DNA from: Candidatus Stammera capleta
GTDB lineage: Bacteria; Pseudomonadota; Gammaproteobacteria; Enterobacterales; Enterobacteriaceae
Reading direction: 5' to 3'
DNA length: 64,000 bases
NCBI GenBank assembly: GCA_036689395.1
Contig: CP144813.1
Span: forward strand, 9,252-73,251
Part shown: positions 48,914-61,735 of the stretch, piece by piece
How the letters are laid out: every line of letters begins with the position of its first letter
How positions within the stretch are numbered: the first letter of the stretch is position 1
Notes under the pieces: model-generated
What the model was told of the DNA's origin: nothing
The model's database searches: none
The model's input: only the letters and a program-made list of their open reading frames with translations
Program-made: the position numbers and the translations under genes

Positions 48914-49993
48914 TTAAATATTTTTTTTAAGAGACATAATTATTGCAAACATAGATATTGTTACTATTAATGATGTTCCCCCATAACTTATTAAAGGTAA
49001 TGGAACACCTACTATTGGAAATAATCCAATTACCATTCCTATATTAATTATTATATGTATACAAAAATTTATTATTAAATTTGATATTAATAATTTATTA
49101 AATATATCATTATTATTTATACATATTATTAAAGATCTAGTTATTAATATTAAATAAATTAATAATATAAATAATATTCCTATAAATCCATGTTCTTCAG
49201 CTATTAAAGTAAATATAAAATCAGTTTTATTTTCTGGAATAAAATTAAATTTTGATTGAGTTCCTAAAAATATACCTTTACCATATAATCCACCGGATCC
49301 TATAGCAATTTTTGATTGATTTATTTGATATCCATTATTTAAAATATCATTATTATTATTAAATAATGTTATTATTCTATTTTTTTGATATTTATATAAT
49401 AAAAATTTTCATATAAATGGTATACTTAATATTAATAATATTATAGATATTAATATTATTTTTTTATTAATACCACCTAAGTATAATCCTATTACTCCAT
49501 ATAATAATATTAAAATAGATGTTCCTAAATCTGGTTGTAAATATATTAATATACTAGGTATTAAAGTTATAATTATTATTAATGTAATAATTTTTATATT
49601 ATTAATTAAATAGTTATTTTTTTTTAATATTTTTGTAATTAATATTGGTACTGATATTTTAGCTATTTCTGAAGGTTGAAATTTAATAATTTTTATATCT
49701 ATTCATCTTTTTGCCCCATTTGTTATATATCCATATAAATATGTATATATTAATAATAAGTTACATATAATGTATATTATATATGCATTATTAATGTAAT
49801 ATTTTTTATTAAACTTAATAATATGAAACATTATTATTAAACTAATAATTATATGAAAAAATTTTTTATATATAATATTATTATTTTTATTATTTATATT
49901 TGCACTATATATTAATAATATACTATATATTAAAATGCATATTATACATATTATAATTATAATATCTGTTTTATTTATATTTTTTTTATTCAT
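48914..49993 (-). CDS. mrdB: SEDS-family peptidoglycan polymerase RodA, 359 aa
   Basis: I translated it fully in one frame: ..ITNGAKRW(TGA)IDI..FQPSEIAKI..LQPDLGTS..NQSKIAIGSGGLYGKG..IPENKTDFIFTLIAEEHGFIG..PIVGVPLPLISYGGTSL. It matches RodA/FtsW blocks and lies downstream of mrdA. Confidence 0.93.
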
Positions 49994-51728
49994 TAATTAT
50001 ATTATTTTTATATATAAAATCTGTTATTTTTCTCATTATTTCTCCTATTTTTAATCCATTCCCTCCATGTTCTAATATTATTGTTATTGCAAATTTAGGA
50101 TTTTTATATGGCAAAAAGGTATTCATTAATATATGATCTTTTAATTTTTTTTTTATATATTTTGGTTTATAATTATGATTTATTGAATATACTTGAGCTG
50201 TTCCTGATTTTGCAGCAACTTTATATTTTGTTCCTAAAAAATTTCAAAATGCTGTTCCATTTTTTTTATTAGATACTCCATACATACCTTTTTTAATTAT
50301 TTTAATATTCTTTTTTTTAATTTTTATATTTTTTATTTTATTATTATTATTATTATTTAATAATATAGAGGGTTTTATTATATAACCATTATTAATTAAA
50401 ATTAATAAAGCTTGGTGTATTTGTATTGGAGTTGTTATTAAATATCCTTGCCCTATTCCTATAGAAATAGTATCTCCTAAATATCATTTAGAATTATATG
50501 TTTTTTTTTTTCATTTTTTACTAGGTAAAAATAATTTTTTTTCATTTGGTAAATCTATATTAGTTTTGTTTCCAAATTTAAATTTTTTTATTCAATTAAT
50601 TATTTTTTTAATTCCTAAATGATAAGATATTTGATAAAAAAATGTATCTGATGATTCTTCTATAGATTTAATTATATTTAATTCTCCATGTCCTGTTTTT
50701 TTTCAATCATAAAATATTTTTTGAGATGTAGGTAATTTTCATCATCCTGGATCAAACATAATAAATTTTTTATTTATTATTTTTTCTTCTAACGCAGCTA
50801 TACCTATATAAGGTTTTATAGTTGAAGCTGGAGGATATATTCCTTGTATAACTTTATTAATTAAAGGAGAATTTTTATTATTTAAAATTTTATTATATTC
50901 TTTTTTAAAAATTTTTCTAGTAAATAAATTAGGATTAAAACTTGGAAAAGAAATTAAAGATAAAACTTTTCCGTTTTTACAATTTGTTACTATTACTGCA
51001 GCAGTATTGTTTTTTAAAATATTATAAATAAATTTTTGTAATTTTATGTCTATTGATAGTTTTATATTTTTTCCCGCTTTAGGTTTTTTAATTATATATT
51101 TATAAATTATTTTACCTTTATTATTTATAATATTTTTTTTATATCCATATTTTCCATTTATTTTTTTTTCATAATATTTTTCTATTCCATTTTTTGCTAT
51201 AATTTTTTTTTTATTATATATATTTATATATCCTATTACATGGGCTAATATTTTTTTATATGGATAATTTCTTCTTATATATTTTTTTAAATTTATATTT
51301 TTTATAAAAGGTTTATTTATATAAAATTTTATTAAATTATTTTTATTTATTTTATATAGTATTTTTTTTTTTTTTTTATATTTTTTTTTAATTTTATTAA
51401 TTATTTTTTTTTTTATATTTATTTTTTTTAAAATATTTATGATGTTTTTAAAATATTTATTTTTATATGTTATTATATTAATATAATAATATTTTTTATT
51501 ATTAGCTATTGGTATATTATTTTTATCTATAATAATTCCTCTATTTGGAATAATATTTTTTACTTTAGTATAATTTTTTTTAGATAAGAAATAATATTTT
51601 TTAAATTTTTTTATTTGTAAATTATATATATTATAAATTAATAAAATTAATATAATTATTAAAATAATTATTAAATATAATATTCTATAAATAAAATTAT
51701 GTTTTTTTTTTTTATATATAATTTTCAT
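49986..51728 (-). CDS. mrdA: penicillin-binding protein 2 (elongasome transpeptidase), 580 aa
   Basis: Track ORF 50742..51728 is extended in frame and fully translated. DPGW W(TGA TGA 50739-50744)KLP..YDW KKTGHG compares with E. coli DPGWWQLP..RDWKKWGHG. The SxxK motif (PPASTIKP), SxD motif (ESSDTFF) and KSGTAQV are present. Its stop at 49986-49988 overlaps the rodA start. Confidence 0.93.
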
Positions 51729-51861
51729 TTTTTTATTTTAAAAGAAATATTGAGATATTTATATATATATTTTATTAATTATAATAAATAAATTATTTGA
51801 TTTATATACAAATTATAAATATTTAATTATATAATATAATATATATATTAGGAATTTAAAT

Positions 51862-53529
51862 ATGTTTAAAAATCCTATTAAAACTAAAAGTTGAAAAGAA
51901 ATATTAAATCATTTTAATTATATAAAAAATATTAAAATAATTGATTTATTTAAAAAAGATAAAAATAGATTTAAAAATTTTTCTATAAATTTTAATAATA
52001 GAATTTTAATTGATTATTCTAAAAATAAAATTATATTGAAAACGATAAATTTATTTCTAAAATTATTAAATGAAATTGATTTTAAAAATTATATATTATC
52101 TATTTTAGAAGGTGAAAATATAAATTTTACGAAAAATAAACCTTTTTTAAATTTTTTATTAAGAGATTTTGATAATAAGTTATTAAAAAATAAAAAATTT
52201 TTATTAAATTATAAAAAAGATATAAATGCTAATTTAAATAAAATTAAATTTTTTACAGAAAGAATAGTAAATGGTAAATGATTAGGTTATTCTGGTAAAA
52301 AAATTAAAAATATTGTTAATATAGGATTAGGATATTCATATTTTGGACCTAAGATGATTATAAATTCATTATTAGAGTATAAAATTAATGAATATCAAAA
52401 ATTTTATTTTATTTCTAATATAAATTCTTTAGAAATTTCGAAATTAATTAAAAAAATTTCTCCTGAAGAAACACTTTTTATAATTTGTTCTAAAAGTTTT
52501 ACAAATATAGAAACTTTATTTAATTCTAATATTGCAAAAAATTGAATTTTAAATTTTTATAATAATAATATTATATCTTTAAATAATCATTTTATTTTAG
52601 TATCTAGTAATTTTAATGAAGCAATAAAATTTGGAGTAAATTTAAATAATATATTTATTGTAGATAGTTGATTAAATAGTTGTTATTCTTATTGTTCCCC
52701 TTTTGGTTTATGTATATCTATTTTTATAGGATTTAAAAATTTTAAAAAAATGTTATGGGGTGCTCACGATATGGATATTCATTTTTTTAATTCTAGTTTT
52801 AAAAATAATATACCTATAATTTTAGCAATAATAAGTATTTGATATAATAATTTTTTTAATTATTCTGTAGAAGCTATTTTAGCTTATAGTAATAAATTAT
52901 TTTTTTTACCTACATATTTACAACAATTAATAATGAAATCTAATTGTAAATATATAGATTATAATAATAATTATATAGATAATTATTATACTTCTCCTAT
53001 AATTTTAGGAGGTATTGGTACTATATCTAAAAATTCTTTTTATCAATTATTATATCAAGGAACTTATATTATTCCTTGTGATTTTATTATAGAAATTTGT
53101 AATTCTTGTGATATTAATAATTCTAATTTAATATTAATATCTAATTTTTTATCACAAACACAGTCCTTAGCTTTCGGTGATAAAGTATTTAAATATAATA
53201 TTTTAAATAAAAATAATAATAATATTTATAAATTTATAAAATTTAAAGGTAATAGGCCTAGTAATTCTATTTTAATAAATAATATAAGTCCTTATAATAT
53301 AGGTGCTTTAATTACTTTATATGAATATAAAGTAATTAGTCAAGGTATTATATTAAATATTTCTAGTTTTGATAAATTTGAAATAGAATTAAATAAAAAA
53401 TTATCTAGTTTTATTTATTCATATTTAAAAAATAAATCTTTAAAAAGTGATAATTTAAATAAAAAAGAAATATATTTAGATAATTCTACTTTAAATTTAA
53501 TAAATTATTTTAAAAAAAATTTTAATTAA
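51862..53529 (+). CDS. pgi: glucose-6-phosphate isomerase homologue, 555 aa, open frame but with substituted catalytic residues
   Basis: The ATG at 51862 and the three track ORFs share one frame. I read all gaps and found only TGA codons. It is colinear with E. coli Pgi (DYSKN, NIG.G.S..GP, ETLFII.SKSFT, IW YNNFF, SFYQLLYQGT..PCDFI, GNRPSNSIL, GALITLYEYK). See the finding on active-site changes. Confidence 0.85.
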
Positions 53530-53544
53530 TTATAAGAGAAAACA

Positions 53545-53805
53545 ATGTCTATCAAATATTATAAAAAAAAAAAAAATAAAAATAAATATAAAAATAAAGT
53601 AAATAAAAGTAAAAAATCTATGATTAAAACATATATTAAAAAAATTAAATTTTTTATAAAAAAAAAAATTAGTAAAAAAGCTTTATTTTTTTTTCGTATT
53701 TTACAATCTAATTTAGATAAATTATATATAAAAAAAATTATTCATTTAAATAAATGTTCTAGATATAAATCAAATATATTAAAATTAATTAATAAAATTT
53801 CTTAA
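53545..53805 (+). CDS. rpsT: 30S ribosomal protein S20
   Basis: 86-aa basic protein. KSKKSMIKTYIKKI..IHLNKCSRYKSNILKLINK compares with E. coli ASRRSMMRTFIKKV..IHKNKAARHKANLTAQINK. Confidence 0.88.
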   Translation: MSIKYYKKKKNKNKYKNKVNKSKKSMIKTYIKKIKFFIKKKISKKALFFFRILQSNLDKLYIKKIIHLNKCSRYKSNILKLINKIS

Positions 53806-54557
53806 TTATTTTTATTAATTATATATTTTATTATTTTACAATATTGTTTTATATTTATTTTATTTATCCTAATATTAGGATTTATATTAATTTTTTTAAA
53901 TTCATTAATATTTATAAAATTTTTTAAGTTATTATATATTTTTTTATTTTTTTTATTAAATATATTATTTAATATATGTATACATAAATTTATATTTTTT
54001 ATGTTATTTTTATTATTATTTGATTTTAATTTTATTAATGTTGATTCTATTTTTGGTTTTGGTTTAAAATTATAATTTTTAATATTTATTATTTTTTTTA
54101 TTTTAAATAATAAATTAATAATTATAGTAGTTTTAGAATATTTTTTATTTTTAATATTTAAAAATAAATTATTTGCTAATTCTTTTTGTAATAATATATG
54201 TATATCATATATAAAATCATAATTTTTTATTAATTTATATATTATTTTATGAGATATATAATATGGAATATTACCAATAATTCTAAATTTTTTTTTATAT
54301 TTATAAAAATTAAATTTTAATATATCTATATTTAAAAAAATAATTTTATTATTTTTTTTTTTACATTTTTTAATTAAATTGTTATCTATATCTAAAGCTA
54401 TTATATTTTTATTATATTTATATAATTCTTTAGTTAATAGTCCTGTTCCACAACCTATTTCTAAAAAAATATCTTTTTTATTTGGTTTTATAAAATTTAT
54501 AATATTCTTAATAATTTTTTTATTAATTAAAAAATTTTGTCCTATATCTTTATACAT
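53802..54557 (-). CDS. rsmA: 16S rRNA (adenine1518/1519-N6)-dimethyltransferase RsmA (KsgA)
   Basis: GQNFLINKKII, the SAM motif LEIGCGTGLLT, and GNIPYYIS match KsgA. It overlaps the rpsT 3' end by 4 nt (convergent). Confidence 0.92.
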   Translation of the reverse strand: MYKDIGQNFLINKKIIKNIINFIKPNKKDIFLEIGCGTGLLTKELYKYNKNIIALDIDNNLIKKCKKKNNKIIFLNIDILKFNFYKYKKKFRIIGNIPYYISHKIIYKLIKNYDFIYDIHILLQKELANNLFLNIKNKKYSKTTIIINLLFKIKKIINIKNYNFKPKPKIESTLIKLKSNNNKNNIKNINLCIHILNNIFNKKNKKIYNNLKNFININEFKKININPNIRINKINIKQYCKIIKYIINKNN

Positions 54558-54562
54558 ATATT

Positions 54563-57373
54563 TTATATAAATTTTCTTTTTTCACCTTTACCAAACATAT
54601 TTTTTATACATCTATTACATATATTATATTTTTTAATATTATATATTTTTTTTACATAATGTCAGCATCTATTACATTTTATTCCAATAATTTTTTTACA
54701 TTTTATTTTAAAAAAATTTTTATATTTCTTATTTTTTAAAATTTTTATTTTTGTTTTTGATGTTATAAAAAAAAATTTTAATTCTGATTTTATTTTTTTA
54801 ATTTTATTAAAAAAATTCTTTTTTAAATATAATATTAATTTTACTTCTAATGAAGATTTGATTTTATTTTTTTTTTTTTTTTCTTCTAATATTTTATTAA
54901 AATTATTTTTTATATTTATTAATTTTTTTCATATATTTTCATTTATTTTATTATTTTTTTTTAAATAAAATAATTTATTAAATCAAGTTTCTTCATATAT
55001 TGATTTATTTTTTTTGTTTGGTAAATATTTAAATACTTCTTCTGAAGTAAAAGATAATATAGGAGATATTAATTTTACTAATGATTCTAGAATCATTCAT
55101 ATAGTTATTTGTAAACTATTATATGGTTTTGTATTTTTTTTAATTATATATTTTCTATCTTTTATAATATCTAAATATATTGAACTTAAATATATATTAC
55201 AAAAATTTATTATTTTTTTAGTTATTTTATAAAATTTAAATTTTTTATATAAATATATTATTTTTTTTTGTAATTTTTTTGTTTTATGAATTATTCATTT
55301 ATCTATTAAAATTAAATTATTTTTTTTTATTTTTTTGTTTATTATATTATTATTATTATCTAAATTAGAAATTAAAAATTTTATTGTATTTCTAATTTTT
55401 CTATATGATTCTACAGTTCTTAATATAATTTCATTTGATATATTTATATCTTTATAAAATTTTGTTGAAGATACTCATAATCTTAATATATCAGAACCAA
55501 AAGTATTTATTATTTCTTTAGGTTTTATATAATTATTTGAAGATTTTGACATTTTTTCATTATTTTTATTTAATATAAATCCATGTGATATTACTTTTTT
55601 ATATGGTGCACAGTTATTTATTGCTGTATTTATTATTAATGAAGACATAAATCATCCTCTAAATTGATCTAATCCTTCTAAATATATGTCACTTATTATA
55701 TTTTTTTTAAATTTTGAATTTATTATAGTAAAACATGTTGATCCTGAATCAAATCAAACATCTAATACATCTGATATTTTTTTATATTTTTTGTATTTTT
55801 TACCTAAAATTTTTTTTTTATTTATATTATTTCAATAATTAGGACCTAATTTTTTTATTTTATTTGCTATTTTTTTTATTAAAAATGTTGTTTTTGGATG
55901 CATTTTTTTTGTTTTTTTATTAATAAATATAGGTATTGGTGTTCCTCATATTCTTTGTCTTGATATGCATCAATTAGGTCTATTTATTATCATTTTTTTA
56001 ATTTTTTTATATCCTCATTTAGGTATTCATTTTACTTTTTTAATTGATATTAATAATTTTTTTTTTAAATTATTTTTATTTATATTTATAAATCATTGGG
56101 GTGTTGATTTTAATAATATAGGTTTTTTATGTCTTCAACAGTATGGATATTTATGTATTATTTTTTTTTCTAATATTATTTTTTTATTTTCTTTTAATTT
56201 ATTAATTATTAATATTTCTGCTTCTTTTATATTTTTATTTTCTATATTACTTATATATTTATATTTAATATACTTTCCATTTTTTTTTATAACATTTAAT
56301 CCTTTTAAATTGTTTTTTTTTGAAATTTTATAATCTTCTTGTCCATGTTCAGAAGCAATATGGATTAATCCAGTTCCAATATTTTTATCTACTATATAAG
56401 AATTTAATATTATAGGTGTTTTTTTTTTTGATATTGGATGAGATACATAGGAATTTTTAAATATTATTCCTTTTGAGGAATATATTTTTTTATATTTTTT
56501 TTTTATTTTATCTATTATACCTTTTACTTGATTTTTTAGTATAATATATATATTTTTTTTTATTTTTATGAATGAATATATATATTTAGGATGTATAGCA
56601 ATTGCACAATTACCTGGTAATGTTCATGGAGTGGTTGTTCATATAATTAATTTAAAATTATAATTTATATATTTTTTATAATTTAAATTTATTTTTTTTA
56701 AAAAATTTTTTTTATTATATATATTAAATAATACATATATAGATTTTGATAATTTATTTTTATATTCTATTTCTGCTTCTGCTAAAGAAGATTTACATTT
56801 TATACATCAATTTGTGGGTATTTTTCTTCTTTCTATATAATTTAATTTTATTAATTTATTTAATACTTTTATTGTATTTGATATTGTTTTGAAATCCATA
56901 GTTTTATAATAATTTTTTCAATCACCTAATATTCCTAATCTTATAAAATTATTTTTTTGTTTTTTAATTTGATTATTAACATAGTTAAAACATAATTTTT
57001 TAAAATTATTTTTATTTTTTTTATTAATTATATATTTTTTTTTTTTTTTTATTTCTAATTCTATAGGTAAACCATGACAATCCCATCCTGGAATATAATT
57101 AATTTTAAAATTCATAAAAATTTTATATTTTATTATTATATCTTTTAATATTTTATTATAAGCGTGTCCTATATGTATATTGCCGTTTGCATATGGTGGT
57201 CCATCATGAATTATAAATATTTTTTTTTTTTTTTTAGAAATATTTAAATATAAATTATTTTTTTTTCATTTTTTTAATATTATTGGTTCTTTTGTATTTA
57301 AATTTGCTTTCATTGGAAAATTTAATTTTGGTAAATTTATTGTATTTTTGTAATTTATGTATTTTTTATTCAT
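54563..57373 (-). CDS. ileS: isoleucyl-tRNA synthetase, 936 aa, many TGA=Trp
   Basis: The ATG at 57371-57373, track ORF 56918..57115 and the TAA at 54563-54565 share one frame. The N-terminus has FIIHDGPPYANGNIHIGHA and PGWDCHGLPIE. I translated 54563-55680 and found LEGLDQFRGW FMSS, KMSKS, DILRLW V, YLDIIKDRKY and the C-terminal CNRCW HY..CNRC zinc motif. The middle part was not checked codon by codon. Confidence 0.92.
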
Positions 57374-57550
57374 TTTATATATTTGATATTTTATATTTAT
57401 TAAAATTATTTTAGATAATTTATAAATTATAATTATATATTAAAAATAAATAAAATTATATATTTTATATTTTTGTAAAATATTTTATATTTTTAGTTGA
57501 TATTTAAAAGTATGTACTTATATCTTTATATAAAGATTAATTTTTTTTAA

Positions 57551-59479
<1,929 letters not shown>

Positions 59480-59511
59480 TTTAAAAAATTATATTTTATA
59501 GGTTTTTAAAA

Positions 59512-60639
59512 ATGTCAAATAAAGATTATTATGATATTTTAGGTGTTTCTAAAAAAGCAAATAATCAAGAAATTAAAAGAGCATATAAACGTTTAGCTAT
59601 AAAATATCATCCAGATAGAAATAAAGGTAATAAAATTTATGAAGAAAAATTTAAAGAAATACAAAAAGCTTATGAAGTATTAAGTAATACTAAAAAGAGA
59701 TCTATGTATGACCAATATGGTCATACTTCTTTTAATGAAGATAATTATACTGATTTTACTTATACTAGTAGTGATTTTGGTGATATATTTGGTGATGTTT
59801 TTGGAGATATTTTTAAATCAAAGAAAAATAAAAAATATTCTAATAATAATGTTGGTTCTGATATTTTATATAAAGTTAGTATAACTTTAGAAGAAGTAAT
59901 TAAAGGTGTTTATAAAAAAATAGGAGTTAATTTAATACAAAAATGTAGTATATGTAATGGAACTGGATGTAAACCTGGTACATCTCGTAAGATATGTAAT
60001 ACATGTAATGGTAATGGTAATATACATATTAAACAAGGTTTTTTTACAATACAACAAACATGTCCTTCTTGTAATGGTGAATGTTATACTATAGAAAATG
60101 TTTGTTATATTTGTAGAGGATCAGGAACTGAAAAAATATATAAAAATTTTTCTGTTAAAATTCCTTCTGGAATAAGTGATGGTGATAGTATACGTATAAT
60201 TGGAAAAGGTAATTATGGCGGATATAATTCAAAATATGGTGATTTATATATTAAAATAAAAGTTGAGAAACATTCTATATTTAAAAGATTAAATAATGAT
60301 TTATATTGTAAAGTTCCTATAAATTTTTCTATAGCAGCATTAGGAGGAGAAATAGAAATACCTTCTTTATATAATAAAATAATATTTAAAATTCCTCCTG
60401 AAACTCAAACTGGTAAAATTTTTAGAATAAAAAATAAAGGAATTAAATATTTTAAAAGTAATAAATATGGTGATTTATTATGTAAAATAATAGTTGAAAC
60501 TCCAGTTAATTTAAATAAATTACAAAAAAAATTATTATATGATTTAGGTATAACTTTAAAAAAAAATATAAAAAAAAATAATCCTAAATCAGATAATTTT
60601 TTAAATAATTTAAAAAAATTTTTTAATTCTTTAATTTAA
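59512..60639 (+). CDS. dnaJ: co-chaperone DnaJ
   Basis: It has the J domain DYYDILGVSKKA..AYKRLAIKYHPDRN and four CxxCxGxG-type zinc-finger repeats, and it follows dnaK. Confidence 0.95.
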   Translation: MSNKDYYDILGVSKKANNQEIKRAYKRLAIKYHPDRNKGNKIYEEKFKEIQKAYEVLSNTKKRSMYDQYGHTSFNEDNYTDFTYTSSDFGDIFGDVFGDIFKSKKNKKYSNNNVGSDILYKVSITLEEVIKGVYKKIGVNLIQKCSICNGTGCKPGTSRKICNTCNGNGNIHIKQGFFTIQQTCPSCNGECYTIENVCYICRGSGTEKIYKNFSVKIPSGISDGDSIRIIGKGNYGGYNSKYGDLYIKIKVEKHSIFKRLNNDLYCKVPINFSIAALGGEIEIPSLYNKIIFKIPPETQTGKIFRIKNKGIKYFKSNKYGDLLCKIIVETPVNLNKLQKKLLYDLGITLKKNIKKNNPKSDNFLNNLKKFFNSLI

Positions 60640-60733
60640 TTTTTTTATTTTATTATTATTTTTATTTTTTTATATTATTATTTGTTTTATTTTATATTTA
60701 TTATTATTTTATGATTAATTTTTTCTTTTATTA

Positions 60734-60779
60734 CTCTGTGAATAAATTATATATATATTTTTTTATATTTATTCCAGAG
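60734..60779. terminator. imperfect inverted repeat (possible bidirectional terminator or RNA hairpin) between the convergent dnaJ and tsaB
   Basis: CTCTGTGAATAAAT (60734-60747) and ATTTATTCCAGAG (60767-60779) can pair over about 13 bp with one bulge around a 19-nt A/T loop. These arms hold nearly all the G/C in a 313-bp A/T spacer. There is no classical GC-rich stem plus U-tract, so the function is uncertain. Confidence 0.3.
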
Positions 60780-60952
60780 ATAATAAAAGAATTTTTTTAT
60801 TATATTATTTATAAAAATTTTTTATATATATATTTATATATTAATTTTTTAATTAATATATTAAATATTTTTTATAATTTTATTTTTTATAATTAAATTT
60901 ATATTTTTAAATTTATAATATTAAAATTAATTTATTAATATTTATTTATTTT

Positions 60953-61528
60953 TTAAATGAATAACATATATTTTGCTTTTGGATATATAATATAAATTTT
61001 TTTTTTATAAAAGTGATCTATTTTTTTTTTAAATTGATAGTTATTTACTATAAGATTAATATTTTTTGATAAAGATATAATTTTTTTTTTAAATTTTTTT
61101 ATTGAATTATATTTTTTTATTTTATTTTTTTTTTTGTTATAAATAATAATATTATTTATACTATTATATATACTTATAAATATATTTTTATTTATTTTTT
61201 TTTTTATTTTTATATTATTTAAAATAATTTTAAATGAATTTAATTTTATTATTTTTATTTTTTTATATTTTAATTTAAATAATTCTGCTATATTATATGC
61301 TATTCTTGAGCCTATTATACTTCCTGGTCCTTTGTTAATAATAATATATTTTATATTATTTATATTAATATTGTTATCATATATTATTTTTTTAATTAAT
61401 ATTAATATATATTGATTTTTTTTTTTATTAATAAATTTATATTTTGTATATATTTTTTTATTATATTTTATTGCTATTGAACATAATTCTGTAGAAATTT
61501 CTATTGCTAAAGTATTTTTATTTATCAT
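60953..61528 (-). CDS. tsaB: tRNA t6A37 biosynthesis protein TsaB (YeaZ)
   Basis: LAIEISTELCSIAI..IIINKGPGSIIGSRIAYNIAELF matches the YeaZ N-terminal ASKHA fold blocks (ILAIDT..CS.AL; GPGSFTG.RIG). Confidence 0.82.
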   Translation of the reverse strand: MINKNTLAIEISTELCSIAIKYNKKIYTKYKFINKKKNQYILILIKKIIYDNNININNIKYIIINKGPGSIIGSRIAYNIAELFKLKYKKIKIIKLNSFKIILNNIKIKKKINKNIFISIYNSINNIIIYNKKKNKIKKYNSIKKFKKKIISLSKNINLIVNNYQFKKKIDHFYKKKIYIIYPKAKYMLFI

Positions 61529-61735
61529 TTTTTTAATATTTTATAAAAATAAATATTATTATAATATCTTTTAATATTTTTTTTATTATTATATAATAAT
61601 AATTATAATTATAATTATAATTAAATATTATTTTTATAAAAATTGATAATAAATATTTTAAATAAATATTTATTTTATAAAAAAAAATTATAAATAATTA
61701 TATTTTTTAATAATTTAATATTAATTTATAATAAA

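Noticed and set aside
54379-56333. Plus-strand ORFs 54379..54570, 55014..55232 and 55965..56333.
   Set aside because: They are antisense to rsmA and ileS and are hydrophobic low-complexity artefacts.
57497-57525. Sigma-32-like heat-shock promoter upstream of dnaK (TTGATA, 14 nt, CTTATATCT).
   Set aside because: The spacing is right, but the -10 part is only a degenerate echo of CCCCATNT. In DNA this A+T-rich such matches are expected by chance. A similar TTGAAA upstream of grpE (825-830) leaves no room for a leader.
60711-60896. ORF 60711..60896 in the dnaJ/tsaB spacer.
   Set aside because: It has pure A/T-driven F/Y/I/N composition, no Shine-Dalgarno sequence and no homology. It most likely reflects chance openness in a spacer.
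61601-61623. Short (AATTAT)3-4 repeat in the tsaB/rodZ spacer.
   Set aside because: There are only about 3.8 copies, which is within what A/T-only sequence yields by chance. It is noted, but not considered significant beyond the microsatellite at 43581-43640.
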